The notes below the pieces were generated by a model that was given only the letters and a program-made list of their open reading frames with translations, had not been told where the DNA came from and ran no database searches. 64,000 nt of DNA. Origin: Azolla caroliniana. Taxonomy: Eukaryota; Plantae; Polypodiophyta. A program made the position numbers and the translations under genes. The stretch is from positions 8,804,001 to 8,868,000 of the forward strand of contig JBHGNT010000012.1 in the NCBI GenBank assembly GCA_043228905.1. Direction: 5' to 3'. Every line of letters begins with the position of its first letter. Positions within the stretch are counted from its first letter, which is position 1. Positions 35,212 to 48,198 of the stretch are shown piece after piece.

Positions 35212-37556
35212 TTACTTGTTCGTTGGTCCTATCGGACCCTTACCGGCCTCATTACGGTTTGCCGTTGCCTCATTCTCCCCAGTTACCGGCTTGCCATCTC
35301 CTCCCTCTTGGTGGTTGCCATTTCCCTCACAGGTTTCTGTTTCCGCACCGGTGTCGGTCCTTTGCTCAAATGGGTTCTTGGGCATCGGTCCTCTATATGG
35401 CTTCAATCTGAATCCGTTGACCCATTTGCCTATCACCTCGCCGGCAAGTGTCCCTAACTGGTAGGACCCATTATACTCACGTGTCAGCCAATATGGGCCG
35501 GTCCATCTAAACCGTAGTTTACCCGGCATCTTGCCCATCCGGGTCTGAAAGACTAACACCGGCTTGCCGATTTCGAACATTTTTTCATTTCCTTTCCGGT
35601 GCCGGTCGACAAATGCTTTCCATCGCCGTTGTTCCAATTCTAAGTGCAGGATGCTTGCCAGTCATTGTTCCTCAAGTTCACACAATGTTGTTAACCGTAT
35701 TGTCTCCGACTCCTTCTCGTTCAGCCATTCCCGTAGCTGGATCCGTAAGCTTGGTACTTGGAATTCCACCGGCATGACCGCCTCTAGTCTGAACGCTAAC
35801 CGGAACGGTGTTGTTCGGATGCTCGTTTTGTATGTTGTTCGGTATGCCCAAAGCGCGCTATGTAGCTTGGTATCCCAATCCATTCGGTTTTCGTTGATGA
35901 TCTTCCAGAGGATATTTTGGAGCGTTTTGTTCGTCGACTTAGCTAACCCGTTTGCTTGCGGACAGTACGGTGTGCTCCGTTTATGGACAACGGCATAGAA
36001 TGTCGTCAAGCTTTCAACTACTTGGCTGAGAAAGTGCCCCCCTTGGTCGCTTATTAATTCGATTGGGCATCCATAACGGCACTAGATGTATTCGTATAGA
36101 AATTTTGCCGTTGACGCCGCGGTGTTGTCTCTTAAGGCTTTGGCCTCCACCCATTTCGTGCAGTAATCCGTCGCGACGATGACGTACCGATTACCCGTTC
36201 TCATTGCTAGTGGTTTGAACCGTCCAACAAAGTCCAGCCCCCACTTCTGGAATGGTTCGAGTGGTAGTACAGGCTGGTGTGGCATCCGAGCTTGCTCCGT
36301 TGGCTGGCCCATTCGTTAGCATAGGTCACATTCTTTTGCGTACTGTACAACATCTCTTAATGTAGTTGGCCACCATAGGCCACTTTGCCATATTTTCATG
36401 GCCGTCGCATCTCCGGCATAGTGACCTCCGACAACTCCGCAGTGGGCTTCCCTCAGTATGAGGTCCTTTTGATCGCTGCGCACAGCCCGTCTCCATATGC
36501 CGTCCGCGTCCTTGTGGTAAAGTATGTCTCGCAGTAAGCAGAAATGTCGGCTTTGCACCACCAGGCGTTTCCTTTCGTCCCAATTCATCTCCTCCGGAGG
36601 CAGTCCTGTGCTCAGAAACTGGTGCATATTTGTGAGCCACTTGTCTTCCTGTGCCACCGTCTCATCTACTGCCGTTTCAGTAGTGACTCGAAACAGCTCC
36701 GCATCCGGAAACTCGTCCACTACTCCGTCGCCCGTCTCTCCGGACTCTAATCGGCTTAAATAATCCGCTACGGCATACTGTATACCGGGTCGGTGGAATA
36801 TTTCGAACTCGAATTCCTGTAATAGTAAGGTCCACTGGGCCAACTTACCGGTGAGTGACGCCTTGGACACCAAGTAGAATAGTGCCGAATGATCTACATG
36901 GAAGGAAAACTTCATTCCCAATAAGTAATGCCGAAACTTTGTCACACTGTAGATCATCCCTAGAGCTTCCCGTTCCGTGGTAGAGTAGTTCCGTTCCGCT
37001 TGGAATAGCTTTCGGCTGGCATAGTACACTGGACAGTACCACTTTGGCTCCGTAAGCTGCATTAGTGCGCTTCCGATTGCGATGTCAGAGGCTTCCATGA
37101 ACACATGAAATTCTTTACTCCAATCCAGAAGCTGCACTACCGGTGCTTGCGACAATAGTACCTTGAGGGCCCTGTACGCCCTATCCTCAGTGTCAGTCCA
37201 CTGGAATGGTGTAGCCAGGTCGGCCAAGTATCGGAGCATCCGGCTGTGCCACCAGATCTGTCCTAAGAACCGGCTCAATGTCTTTGCCGTTGCTGGCGCC
37301 GGTGCTTCTAATATGGCTTTCACTTTGTCCGGGTCGACTGCAATGCCTTCCTTGCTCACAATATGTCCTAGTAGGGTTCCACTGGACACGCCAAATACAC
37401 ACTTCGCTGGATTCAAGCTTAGCCGGTACGCTCTACACTTTTCTAGACAAAGACGAAGGTGCTGGAAATGGTCCTCTTCCCGGCTATAGATGGCGAAATC
37501 GTCAAGGAAAACCTGCATAAAAGCCGGGATATATTCACCAAAGATTTCCATGATGA
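35212..37556 (-). mobile_element. Gypsy element A (non-chromovirus, Athila/Tat-related) RT-RNase H-integrase, 5'-truncated
   Basis: VFLDDFAIY, NYSTTEREALG, GHYAG...WWPT...[42 protein letters not shown]; several stops. Confidence 0.92.
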
Positions 37557-37559
37557 TTC

Positions 37560-40226
37560 ACGAAAAAAGGGGTCGGGGATTTCTTTAGTTCTATATGCCT
37601 TGGTAGACACCGAACGTGGCCCGAAATATCTCTGCAAAGTTTCCGCAAGAGGAATTTCGAAATGCCTTTTGTCCTAGTGATGACAGGTCCAGCTTTTTCC
37701 GAATGGACATGTTGGTGATCATGTCGATATTGAGCTTCCTTGCGATGTCCAGTGCGTCAGGGTGGGGAGGTGCCTCAGCGACTCTGATGTATCCATCCAA
37801 GCGTTTCTCCACGAGCCATCGACACAGGGCGGCAGAAATAGGTATCGGCATAGTCAGATGGTTAGGCTCGTGGCTAATGGGTGAGGGTTGCTGGCTATGG
37901 CGAACTTGAGCTCTGTGATAGGATGGAGGAGAGGGTGAGGGCAGGGAGCGATGACAGCGATGAGAGCGATGAGAGATAGAAGGTTGGTTTCTCTACTGTG
38001 CAGAAAACCTTCTATTTCCTTCTTTTTGTGGCCTAGGGTTCATTGGTCGGTGAGCCATCGTGGTGCCGCGTGTTCTTGGCCTAGAAGTCCGTGCATGCCT
38101 TAAGTCCTTTTAATAGCACCGTTATCTTCTCTCTTTTTTTCTTTTTTTCTTTTTTCGTAATGGTTACATACAATATTCTTTTTACACTATAGTACAAATG
38201 GAGCCCCATACTTACTCCGTGGATTTCCCGGCTTTGTCCTGTCCAATGGGGAACGGGTTAGGTGGCGTAGGTCCTAGATAAGGTTTAAGGCGAAACCCAT
38301 TCACTTTTTGTTGTAACACTTCTCCGGCCAATGTGTCAAGTTGAAATGTACCCTGTTCCACTCCCACAATCCAGTACGGGCCTGTCCAGCGGAATCTTAA
38401 TTTTCCTGGCATATGCCCCATGCATGTTTGGAAAACTAATACTGCTTTCCCAACCGTAAAATCTTTTTCCCGCGCATGCCGGTGTCGGTCCACGAATGCT
38501 TTGCGCCGTCTCTTTTCCTACTCCAATATGGCCATACTGCGTAACCATGTTTTGCCTAGCTCCATCACTTGTTGTAGCCGTATTTGCTCAAATTGGCCCT
38601 CTGGTAGCCGGGCTCATACTTGAATCCGTAGATTGGGTACCTGGAATTCAACTGGCATCACGGCCTCCAACCCAAATGCTAGCCTGAAAGGCATTGATTG
38701 TATGCTGGTCTTATAGCTGGTACGGTATGCCCATAACGCGCGGTGATATTTGGTGTCCCAATCCGTTCTGTTCTCATTGACTATCTTATTGAGGATAGTT
38801 TGGAGGGTTTTGTTCGTGCATTTTGCCAAGCCATTTTCCTGTGGGTAATACGATGTACTTTTTTTGTGAACCACATCGTAATGTTGGGTCAGTTCGTTGA
38901 TGACCGTATTTAGGAAGTGACTCCCTTGGTCACTAATGAGCTTGATAGGGCAGCCGAAACGACACCAGATGTGTTCGTAAAGGAATTTTGTCGTGACTGC
39001 TGCGGTATTCTCGCGTAGTGGTTTCGCTTCTACCCACTTGGTACAGTAATCCGTGGCCACCAGGATATACTTATTGCCTGTTCGAGCGGCCTCCTGGGTA
39101 AAGGGTCCCACAAAATCTATGTTGAGAGACAAGCTCAACATCGGCCGGATCGGCTGAAGAAGCCGAGGACCGGATCGGCTGGGACCGATCGGTTAGGCCG
39201 TTAGGAAAGATATTCCATGAGGAATATATTTGGGAGTTAGTGTAGGAGCTATTAATGAGCATTGAAGTACTTTCAGTACTCCAGCCAGTCCTTCTAGGGC
39301 TTGTACAAAGTGTTCATTAAACACATATATGCTTGGTCTTTTTTTTTCTGTTAATATTATTCTCCTTTTTTGGTGTCCCTCTCGGTCTCCCCTGCGTATA
39401 CTGTGTAAGCTCAAGCTCTCCATTAAACCTGAGTGTTCTCCCTTCTGTTCTGTCTTTGTACTTGCTTCCGCACGCTATTTTTCACAATCTAGCCCCCACT
39501 TTTGGAAAGGATCCAATGGTAACACTAGTTGGTGTGACATTCTCGCGACCTCCGTGGGTTGGCCCAATCGTTGACATAAATCGCATTGTTTGCAATATTC
39601 ATACGCATCCTTTTGCGTAGTCGGCCACCAAAGTCCCGCTTGCCAGATTTTCCGGGCCATAACATCGCCCGCGTAATGTCCTCCCGCCGTACCACAATGG
39701 GCTTCGCGTAGAACTGCAACCTTATCATCCTGCCGTATTCCGCGCCTCCAGATGTCGTCACTGCCTTTGTGGTATAGGATGTCCTCTACTAAACAGAAGT
39801 TTTGACTCCATACGGCCAACCGTTTTTTCTCATCCGTCCGTAATTGGGGTGGCAGTAACCCCGTGGTCAAGAAGGACATCATTTCCATCAGCCACCGATC
39901 CGGAAAAGACTTTTCTGTTCGTACTGCTAGAGTGCCTACACACAGAATGTCCGCGTCCGGAAAGTCGTCGTCATCCTTTTGCGTCGTTTCTCCTTTATCA
40001 AGTCTGCTCAAGAAATCTACCACCACGTGTTGCGTACCCGATCGATGCAGAATTACAAAGTCGAATTCTTGAAGCAGCAACATCCATCTAGCCAATTTCT
40101 CCTTTATCAAGTCTGCTCAAGAAATCTGCCACCACGTGTTGTGTACCCGATCGATGCTGAATTACAAAGTCGAATTCTTGAAGCAGCAACATCCATCTAG
40201 CCAATTTCCCCGTCAACGCCTGTTTC
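37560..40226 (-). mobile_element. Gypsy element B fragment (related lineage): end of RNase H, integrase and start of the extra ORF
   Basis: LARWMLLLQEFDF, GHYAGD...[15 protein letters not shown] (split by the solo LTR), GKLRFRWTGPYW; 109-bp tandem duplication at 39987-40204. Confidence 0.88.
39120..39486 (+). mobile_element. Solo LTR inserted in the element B integrase
   Basis: TGTTGAG...TTTCACA with perfect TSD ATCTA (39115-39119, 39487-39491); splits the motif GLD|FVG. Confidence 0.9.
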
Positions 40227-40227
40227 C

Positions 40228-43200
40228 CTACGAATTATAGCAATGCCGTCGCTCGGCATTGTTAACCTGACATTGGTGACATTTAGTCACATAGCTATGT
40301 ATGTCAGGGCGCATCTTAGGCCAATAGAATTGAGTGGAGATGAGAATGAGTGTGCAATGTATTCCACAGTGACCTACTGAGGGTGCATCATGGCATTCAA
40401 AAAGAATCTTGTTTTTGACCTCGGGTAAATGTGGAACACAAACCTTCCCATTACGGTAGAGCAGACCGTTAGCAATGTGGAAGTATTCCTTCGAGGATGT
40501 GGTGGTGTCTGTTCCAGACTCAACTCTTGCCCAGTCTTTTGCGAAATAACTGTCATCAGGATACTTTCCTCGAAGGTGATCATAAAGATCTGATGATATT
40601 TCAGTGAAGCTAAGCATGTTAACTTCACAAATGCGACTTAGTGCATCAGCGACAGTGTTCATGGAACCTTTACGATATCGTATGGAAAAATCAAAGTTCT
40701 GGATAAGATCAGCCCATCATGCCTTACGACCTTTCAAGTCTTGTTGGTCACAAAAATATTTCAAGGACTCATGGTCCGTAGTTACCACAAAGCGATTTCC
40801 ATAAAGATAATGGCGCCTTACGAAGGGATTTTCACAAAAACCCAACAAAACCAAGAAATGATCGAACTTCTCGAATATTCCGAAGAGTGGGCCAAAGCTT
40901 GATTTTCTCGATGCGAGAAGGATCAATTTCAACTCCTCGTTCGGTTATGAGATGTCCAAGATAAGTAATTGATGTCTTGAAGAACTCACATTTTGAGATC
41001 TTCGCGTAAAATTGTTTGTCACGCAATGTTTGTAAAACAAAGAGGACATGTTTAGTATGTTCTTGTAATCTACAGCTATAAACTAAAATATCATCCAAGA
41101 AAATAACGACAAATTTTCGAAGTTGTTCTCGAAAAATGTCCTTCATTTCTTGTTGAAATGTAGCCGGAGCATTGGTCAAACCAAAAGGCATAACCAAAAA
41201 CTCATAATGGCCATAGCGTGTACGAAATGCCGTTTTAGGAACATCGTCCTCGCTTATACGAATTTGATGGTAGCCAGTATAGAGATCAAGTTTCGTAAAA
41301 TACCGAGCTCCTTGGAGACGGTCAATTAGATCGTCAGCCCGGGGCAATGGATACGAATTCTTGATCGTCACTTTATTCAAGCGTCGGTAATTAATACACA
41401 TACGCCATGTGCCCTCTTTCTTTTTAACCAAGAGAACTGGTGCCCCCCATGGAGATTTGCTATAACGTATATAACCCATTCGTAAATAGTCCTTGAGTTG
41501 CTTAGATACCGCATCCTCTTCAGATCGACTTAAGCGATAAGGAGGTACACTTATTGGTGCAATGCCAGGTACAATATCTATACGATGGTCTATATAAAGT
41601 TTAGGAGGTAAACCATCTGGTAGTTCACTTGGAAAAACATCACGAAAATCATTTAAGATTTCATCAAGTTGTTGTTGTTCAAAATATGTTAAGTGAACCG
41701 AGACATTATTGATATTGTAAACGTGAATGTCCAAATCAAGTACACAATAAAATAGAGTAGAACAAGACAACTCGGATATTGATGGACACGAGGAAACAAT
41801 CGAGAGGGATTGTTTTTTGATACATTGAATAAAATGGGTACAGTCGTTCAATACAAATGTAATTGAATGATGAACCCAATCAATAGATAAAGAAGAGTTT
41901 TTATTATAAAACCAGGGACAACCCAGGGTTACATCAGTGGTACAAAGATTCATTACATGGAAGTCTACCTCCTCTATATAAGTGTCAATAGAAATTCCTA
42001 ATGAATGAATCGCCCCGTTGATGTATTGTACTCTTCCATCAGCCAAGTACACCGTGTAAGTGTGATCACTTACGGTGGGTTGGATTCCCCATATCTGAAC
42101 CAAACTATTATTCCCAAAGTTGTGTGAGCTTCCCAAATCAAACAAAAATTGTACGGGAGATCCATTGATATACCCGTTTGCACGTAGTAAATCATTGGGA
42201 CCCAATACATAGTGAGGGAAAGAACATTGACAATTACTTAAATGATGTGTATAGACCTCAAGGACATTAGGAATCTGACCTTTATGGTCTGCAGCTTTAG
42301 CTTTGTTGTCGTGCTTTTCCGTTGGAGCTTTCGACATTGCTCTTTTGTATGACCCTTCTTTTTGCAGAATATGCAAAAAGGATGTTGTCGCTTACAATCG
42401 TGATCCATGATTTCGTTGGGTGTCTTGCGTTTCCCAACAAATTGTGACTGCTTAGTCCCGGGCGCTTCGTTGGGTTTGTTGTGGTCCTTCTTCGAAGTGC
42501 GTTGATAGCGAAGAACTATTTCAACGGCCTCTTTGAACGATTTTGGATCCTTATCGTGCCTATCCAGTGATAGTCCGAATTAGGGATGCCATTGACAAAC
42601 CAAGCTATTCACCAATTGTCCCCTTCTAGACCCGATTTCTGGATTTGGGTTCTAGCATGGTGGACATAGTCTTCTAGCGAGGAAAACTTCTTGCTAGAGA
42701 GGTTCATTAAAGCTTGTGCTGCCTCGGTTCGAGAGGGAGGTTGCAGATATTGGCCCTTGAAAACTGTGACAAAATCTGTCCAGGTATCGGGCAATTTCTC
42801 CAAAGTACGGAGCCCACGCCACCAAGCGGGGCCTTACCCCCTAGTTCTCAGATGACATATGCAATCTTCATACTATCTGGCGTGGGATAGAGCTCAAAAT
42901 GAGACTCCCATCGGCCCAGCCACTTGCAGATTGCTTCTTCGGTTCATTCCTTTTTGTCTCCCGTAAATGTCGCTCATAAGGTCTATTAGTCTCACGTTGT
43001 AAACTAATGACACGTGCCTAAAGATCACTTTGAGATTGCCGAAGTTCGGTCATCTGTTGAGCAATGAAACTAAGGTATTGGGTTATTTGCGAAAAATACA
43101 TCTCAATGGACATTTGTCCAGGAGGATTCCCTTGAGTTCCTTCCGCTTGAGCAGATGACATCGGGTCGGTATTTTGAGCCATTGAATGGTTATTTCTAGC

Positions 43201-45378
43201 AAAGAAATAGGATAAGGTCAGACAAATAGTCATAACATCATGTCGTGATGTAAACATATCATGGGCAAACATTAATCGATATCATGATCTCACGTCAATA
43301 CCCTTCTAGACGTATGAGATGAGGTTCAAGATCAAGCTACTATGGTAACACAAAGGTGTTTTAAAAACCATGGGGTTGACAAATAGATGTCTTTCCCTGA
43401 TCTCTATATCGATTTTTTCGTGTCTACTCTCCGAGGCTCAACCATGTATGTTCATGTCATGAATAGTTTATACACGAAAAAAATGTTAACAATAAACTAT
43501 GTTTCGGTGCCCACATGTGGGGTTTCGGCTCTTTAAGTCCTATTACGAGGACCCCAAAGTGCACTTAGACCTTAAGTCTAAACATGTGTTATAGTTATAT
43601 GTATCAACGATGTTGTATGGTCTTGGTCATATTTGAACTTGAGACCTCGAGAACAAATGCATTAAACACTTGAGCCAACCAAGTAAGTTGCTCTTCTTAA
43701 ACATTTAATGTTTGATGCGTATAAGAGATATGCGAGGCATTTGCCCATATATGTTTTTTTAAAAAGAAACATATATGTCAAGAGTCCTTATTTCGCCCTC
43801 ATTTACCACAACTATGTGGGTATGTTACCTAACCTCAAGTCTCGTAATTACGATGGCATACGCCAAAGTGCAACCTAATGTTCAAGCCAAATGAGCCCTC
43901 TTTTCGTAGTACGCCCACGTGGCCCATCACATGGTCATGTCATTACGAATGCCTCTCGTAAGAATGATCTCATGGTAGCATCGTTTCCATGTAATGAGGG
44001 AGGGATGTTGGATACGTGTGTCATAGGAGCGACCTCACCTGAAGTGGGTCAAGCCCTACGTACTCAACATCATTATGGTTATAAGCATTTCTTTACGTAA
44101 CGAAATATCGAAGTCACCAATGGGGATTTTAACAATAAAAAATTGTTGAGAAAAGGGATGGTGACAACGCTATTCTCAGAAAAATGTGAGGACGGCCACC
44201 AAGATCCTTTTCCCGAAAAGGAAAACATTCGATTTAAAATCACGTAATAACGCATGTACACATGTATATTATCACATATATACGATGAACTACGTATACA
44301 CGTGACCACATATGCCTATATTAAACAAATCGTTATATTTAATAGCCAAAAATGATGTAATCGAGATACGTAATCGAGGCATGTACCTCTACGCACACGA
44401 GACATCCCAAAAATGACGTAATCGAGATACGCAATTGAGGTATTGACCTCTTACGCATACGAGACCAAACGAATATCATTTACAACGAATCGAGGTATTG
44501 ACCTCATACGCATATGAGACCAAACGCATATCATTTACAATGAATCGAGGTATTGACCTCATACACAAACGTAACATATGTTTGTGAACATAATACGCAA
44601 TTGAGGTATTAACCTCATGCGCATACGACACTCATCACGTATTCAATATACGTCAAATGAGGTATTAACCTCATACACATGTAAACGTTTTATACAACAA
44701 ATGAATTACCACTACAACATCATTGAATTAATGAAAATATTAACTATACACATGACTAGATAGGAGAAGAAAAAATAGACAAAAAAAAAACAAGAAAGAT
44801 TACCAGAGTTCCTTTGTTGATCCTTGTCTGCATGAAGGCCGACCGCACATAGATCGATCGCCATCAATCAAGAACACAAAAGACAACAAAAGAAACATTA
44901 GCAAATGAGCTCTAATACCAACTATTAGAGACATAGACTAATGTAAGCATGAGATAAGATAGAAAATAGATAGAAAGATAGAAAGGAGAGAGAGAAAGAA
45001 GGGTGCCGATCCACCCGACCACCCCCGAGCGAAGGGATCGAGATGAACTCGAACCTCGATCGGCATCCCATACCACTGCCTTGGCGTCGAGTCGTACTTG
45101 GTGCTGGCGCACTCGCTACAAGAGTCGACCCACCACAAGACAGAGTCTCGACATAGTCAACAAGATAATGAAATGAGAGTAGCTAGGCCTCTTATTTATA
45201 GTGATACCCAAGGCCCCCACGCAAGTTCACACTTGGCCTAATGGGTTGTCTCAATCCCGAGGATTAAAAGTAATCCTCCTCTTCTTTACACTCTCGTTTA
45301 ACCCTCACACTTATCCACGTGTATAGAATACTACGGTAAATTCTCACCACAGGATATTATATGGTCATGCCCATAACA
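40228..45378 (-). mobile_element. Gypsy element C (chromovirus-type RT), 3'-truncated, with 5' LTR, PBS and long leader
   Basis: 5' LTR about 44923-45378 (minus-strand start TGTTATGGGC); PBS TGGTATTAGAGC (44909-44920); gag about 42400-43182; protease FDLGSSHNF; [20 protein letters not shown]; internal RNase H deletion near 40820; integrase HHCC at 40228-40662. Confidence 0.85.
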
Positions 45379-45384
45379 TATATG

Positions 45385-45825
45385 TTACGTATGCGTATGA
45401 GGTCAATACCTCGATTTCTATGTAAATGATATGCATTTGGTGTCGTATGCGTAAGAGGTCAATACCTCAATTGCGTATTACGATTAACCCTTATTATTGG
45501 ATGATTAGTGTGCGTAGAGGCTATATGGCTCGATATCTTGTCTCAATTTCATCATATGTTGGCTATTTGATGTTACGATTTTTTTAATATACACATGTGG
45601 TCACATGTATACGTATTTGATCGTATATATGTGATAAATAAACATATGTGTATATTTGATATTACGTGATCTTTATATCGAATGTTGTCCTTTTCGGGGA
45701 AAGGATCTTGGTGGCCGTCCTCACGTTTTTGTGAGAATGGCGTAGTCGCCATCCTTTTTTCAACAATTGTTTTGTTGACATCCCCGTTGGTCACTTCGAT
45801 TTCGTTATGTAACAAAACGCTCATA
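45385..45825 (+). repeat. Inverted, diverged copy of the element C leader (about 44085-44560)
   Basis: The reverse complement matches GTGAGGACGGCCACCAAGATCCTTT.CCCGAAAAGGA.AACATTCGAT and the GAGGTATTGACCTC repeats. Confidence 0.85.
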
Positions 45826-47657
45826 GTCATGATGACATCCATTCGGACATTGCTGAGCATAGCGACAAGCATGGACCTTGAGGTCAAGCAACTAGACATC
45901 AAGACGGCATTCCTACACTGTGACCTCGAGGAAGAGATATACATGCAGCAGTCGGAAGGATTCATCAAGAAAGGGAAGGAGAACCTAGTGTGCTGGTTGA
46001 AGAAGAGCTTATACGGACTGAAGCAAGCCCCCCGACAATGGTACTGGAAGTTTGACTCCTTCATGACCAATCAAGGATACCACAAGACATAGGCCGACCA
46101 ATGCGTATTCGTGAAGCAGATCGATGGAGTAGACATCTTGATAGTACTGCTATAAGTGAATGACATGTTGATCGTCGGACGAGATCGTATCAAGATTGGA
46201 ATGTTGAAGAAGGCCTTAAGTCGGTCCTCCTCAATGACAGATGTGGGTCCGGCGAGACAAATCCTCGAGATGCATATAATTCAGGGCCGGTGGAAGAAAC
46301 CGTTGTGGTTGTCATAGGAGAAGTACATGACGAAGGTGCTTCAAAGGTTCAACATGTCAGATACTAAGCCGGTCGGGTCGACACTTCCAGCAAATTGCAG
46401 AATGTCCAAAAAGTAGAGCCCGAAGACAAAGGCAGAGAAGTTAGAAATGATGAAGATATTGTATGCCTCTGAACTCGGAAGCCTCATGTACGCAATGGTG
46501 TGTACACGACCAGACATCATATATGTAGTCGGAGTGGTCAACCGGTTCATGAGCAATCCGGGAAGACCTTGGGCCTCCGATTCAGCTCAAGTAAACCCCA
46601 ACTTGAAGGATTCACCGATTCAGACATGTCAGCTGATGCGGACACCAACCGTTCTACATCCGGATATGTCAGGACATTTGCATGGGGAGTCGTATCGTGG
46701 CAGTCAAGGCTACAGAAGTTCGTTGCAATGTCGACAACGGAAGCAGAGTACATAATGGCCGTGGAAGCTGGCAAGGAAGTAATGTGGATGAGGGACTTCA
46801 TCAGAGAGCTTGGGACCCAACATGAGGAATATCGGCTCTACTGCGATAGTCAAAGCGTCATCCACCTACAAAGAACGCAACCTACCACTCCAGGATGAAG
46901 CACATCCAACGTAGATACCAGTGGCTTCAGGAGAGAGCACAAGCCAAAGACTTCACTCTTATGAAGATCCACAAAGAGGAGAACGGGTCAGACATGCTGA
47001 CCAAGGTGCTGACAGCCAACAAGTTGGGCGCGTGCTGGAAACTGATTGGATTCGCAATACATCCCATGCCAGAGTGAAGGGGGATTTTGTTGGGAAATCG
47101 GTCCCTCCGAATGGGGTAGGACAAGCAGAAGCAGGAAGCCGGATGGGATGGACCCGGAAGGATATCCGGAAGCTGGACAGGGATTGACCCGGATGGACCC
47201 AGAAGGGGTTCGGCCGAATCCGATGTGAACCATGAGAAAGAACATATTGGTAAATATGTTCCTATGTGCCATTGAGGCCATACTTGTAAATAGCCCGAAA
47301 AGTTATATCAGTATAAATATAACTAGGGCAAATAGAGAGTATGATGATCATTATTCTAGTTGTAGGAGTTGTAGGAGTAGTTTGTTCTTGTTAGTTGTAC
47401 AAAGAGAAGGAGAGAGAGAGAGAGAGATACAGAAAGTCATGTATGTTGTAACCGCAACGGTTTGGTGAAGATATAGAGCTTGAGGTCGGTGCCTCTGTGA
47501 CTCTTACTGTAATACCTCTCTTCCTATAGTGATCCTGTTTGGAGTTCTATGAACTCCCGCGGTTTTCCCCGATTAGGGTTTCCACGTTAATATCCTATGT
47601 CTACTTATTTCGTGTGTAAGTGCATCAATCTCTTGTTTTATGTATGTTTCTTCCATC
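45826..47657 (+). mobile_element. Copia RT-RNase H, PPT and 3' LTR, probably the end of the host Copia
   Basis: MTSIRTLLSIA, QLDIKTAFLH, KSLYGLKQAPRQW, SWQSRLQKFVAMSTTEAEY; stop at 47077; PPT GAAGGGGGA; LTR starts TGTTGGG at 47088 and its right end is approximate. Confidence 0.85.
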
Positions 47658-48198
47658 CTGTGATTGAGACTCGGTTGTGACCGAGTACTATTCGTACCAC
47701 GATGGAAGAGAAGGATGAGACCACAGATGATCGGGGATGCTAAAAGTTCTTAGTTGACCATATTCATGACTGGGAGAAGGTGCAACGGAACTTAGACGAT
47801 GCTTACTTAACTCTCTCTGGAGAAAAATCAGCATTTGAAAAAGAGGAGATACTAGTTGTTGGACACCTATGCAGGCCCTACGGACTGTTACCCATAGGAG
47901 TTGTATGGGGTGGTATAAGGATAAAACACGTTAAAGGGGTTGTTCTATTTATGTAATGTAGGAGAGTGTGAATAAGGATAAATATTTGTGTAAACACATG
48001 CAAAATTATGTGCATGTGGTAGTCTTCTTTTTGTAACGGTCACATCATTAGTTGTTACACTATGTACTATATAAACCCTTTATGGGGTATCTAATGAACA
48101 TAAAAAATTTCCCTCTCATTTTTTGTGTGAGTTTTATTTCTCTCTTTCTCTCTCATTTTCTCATGCGTAATTCCCCTTGGGAGAGGGGTGGAGCCATT

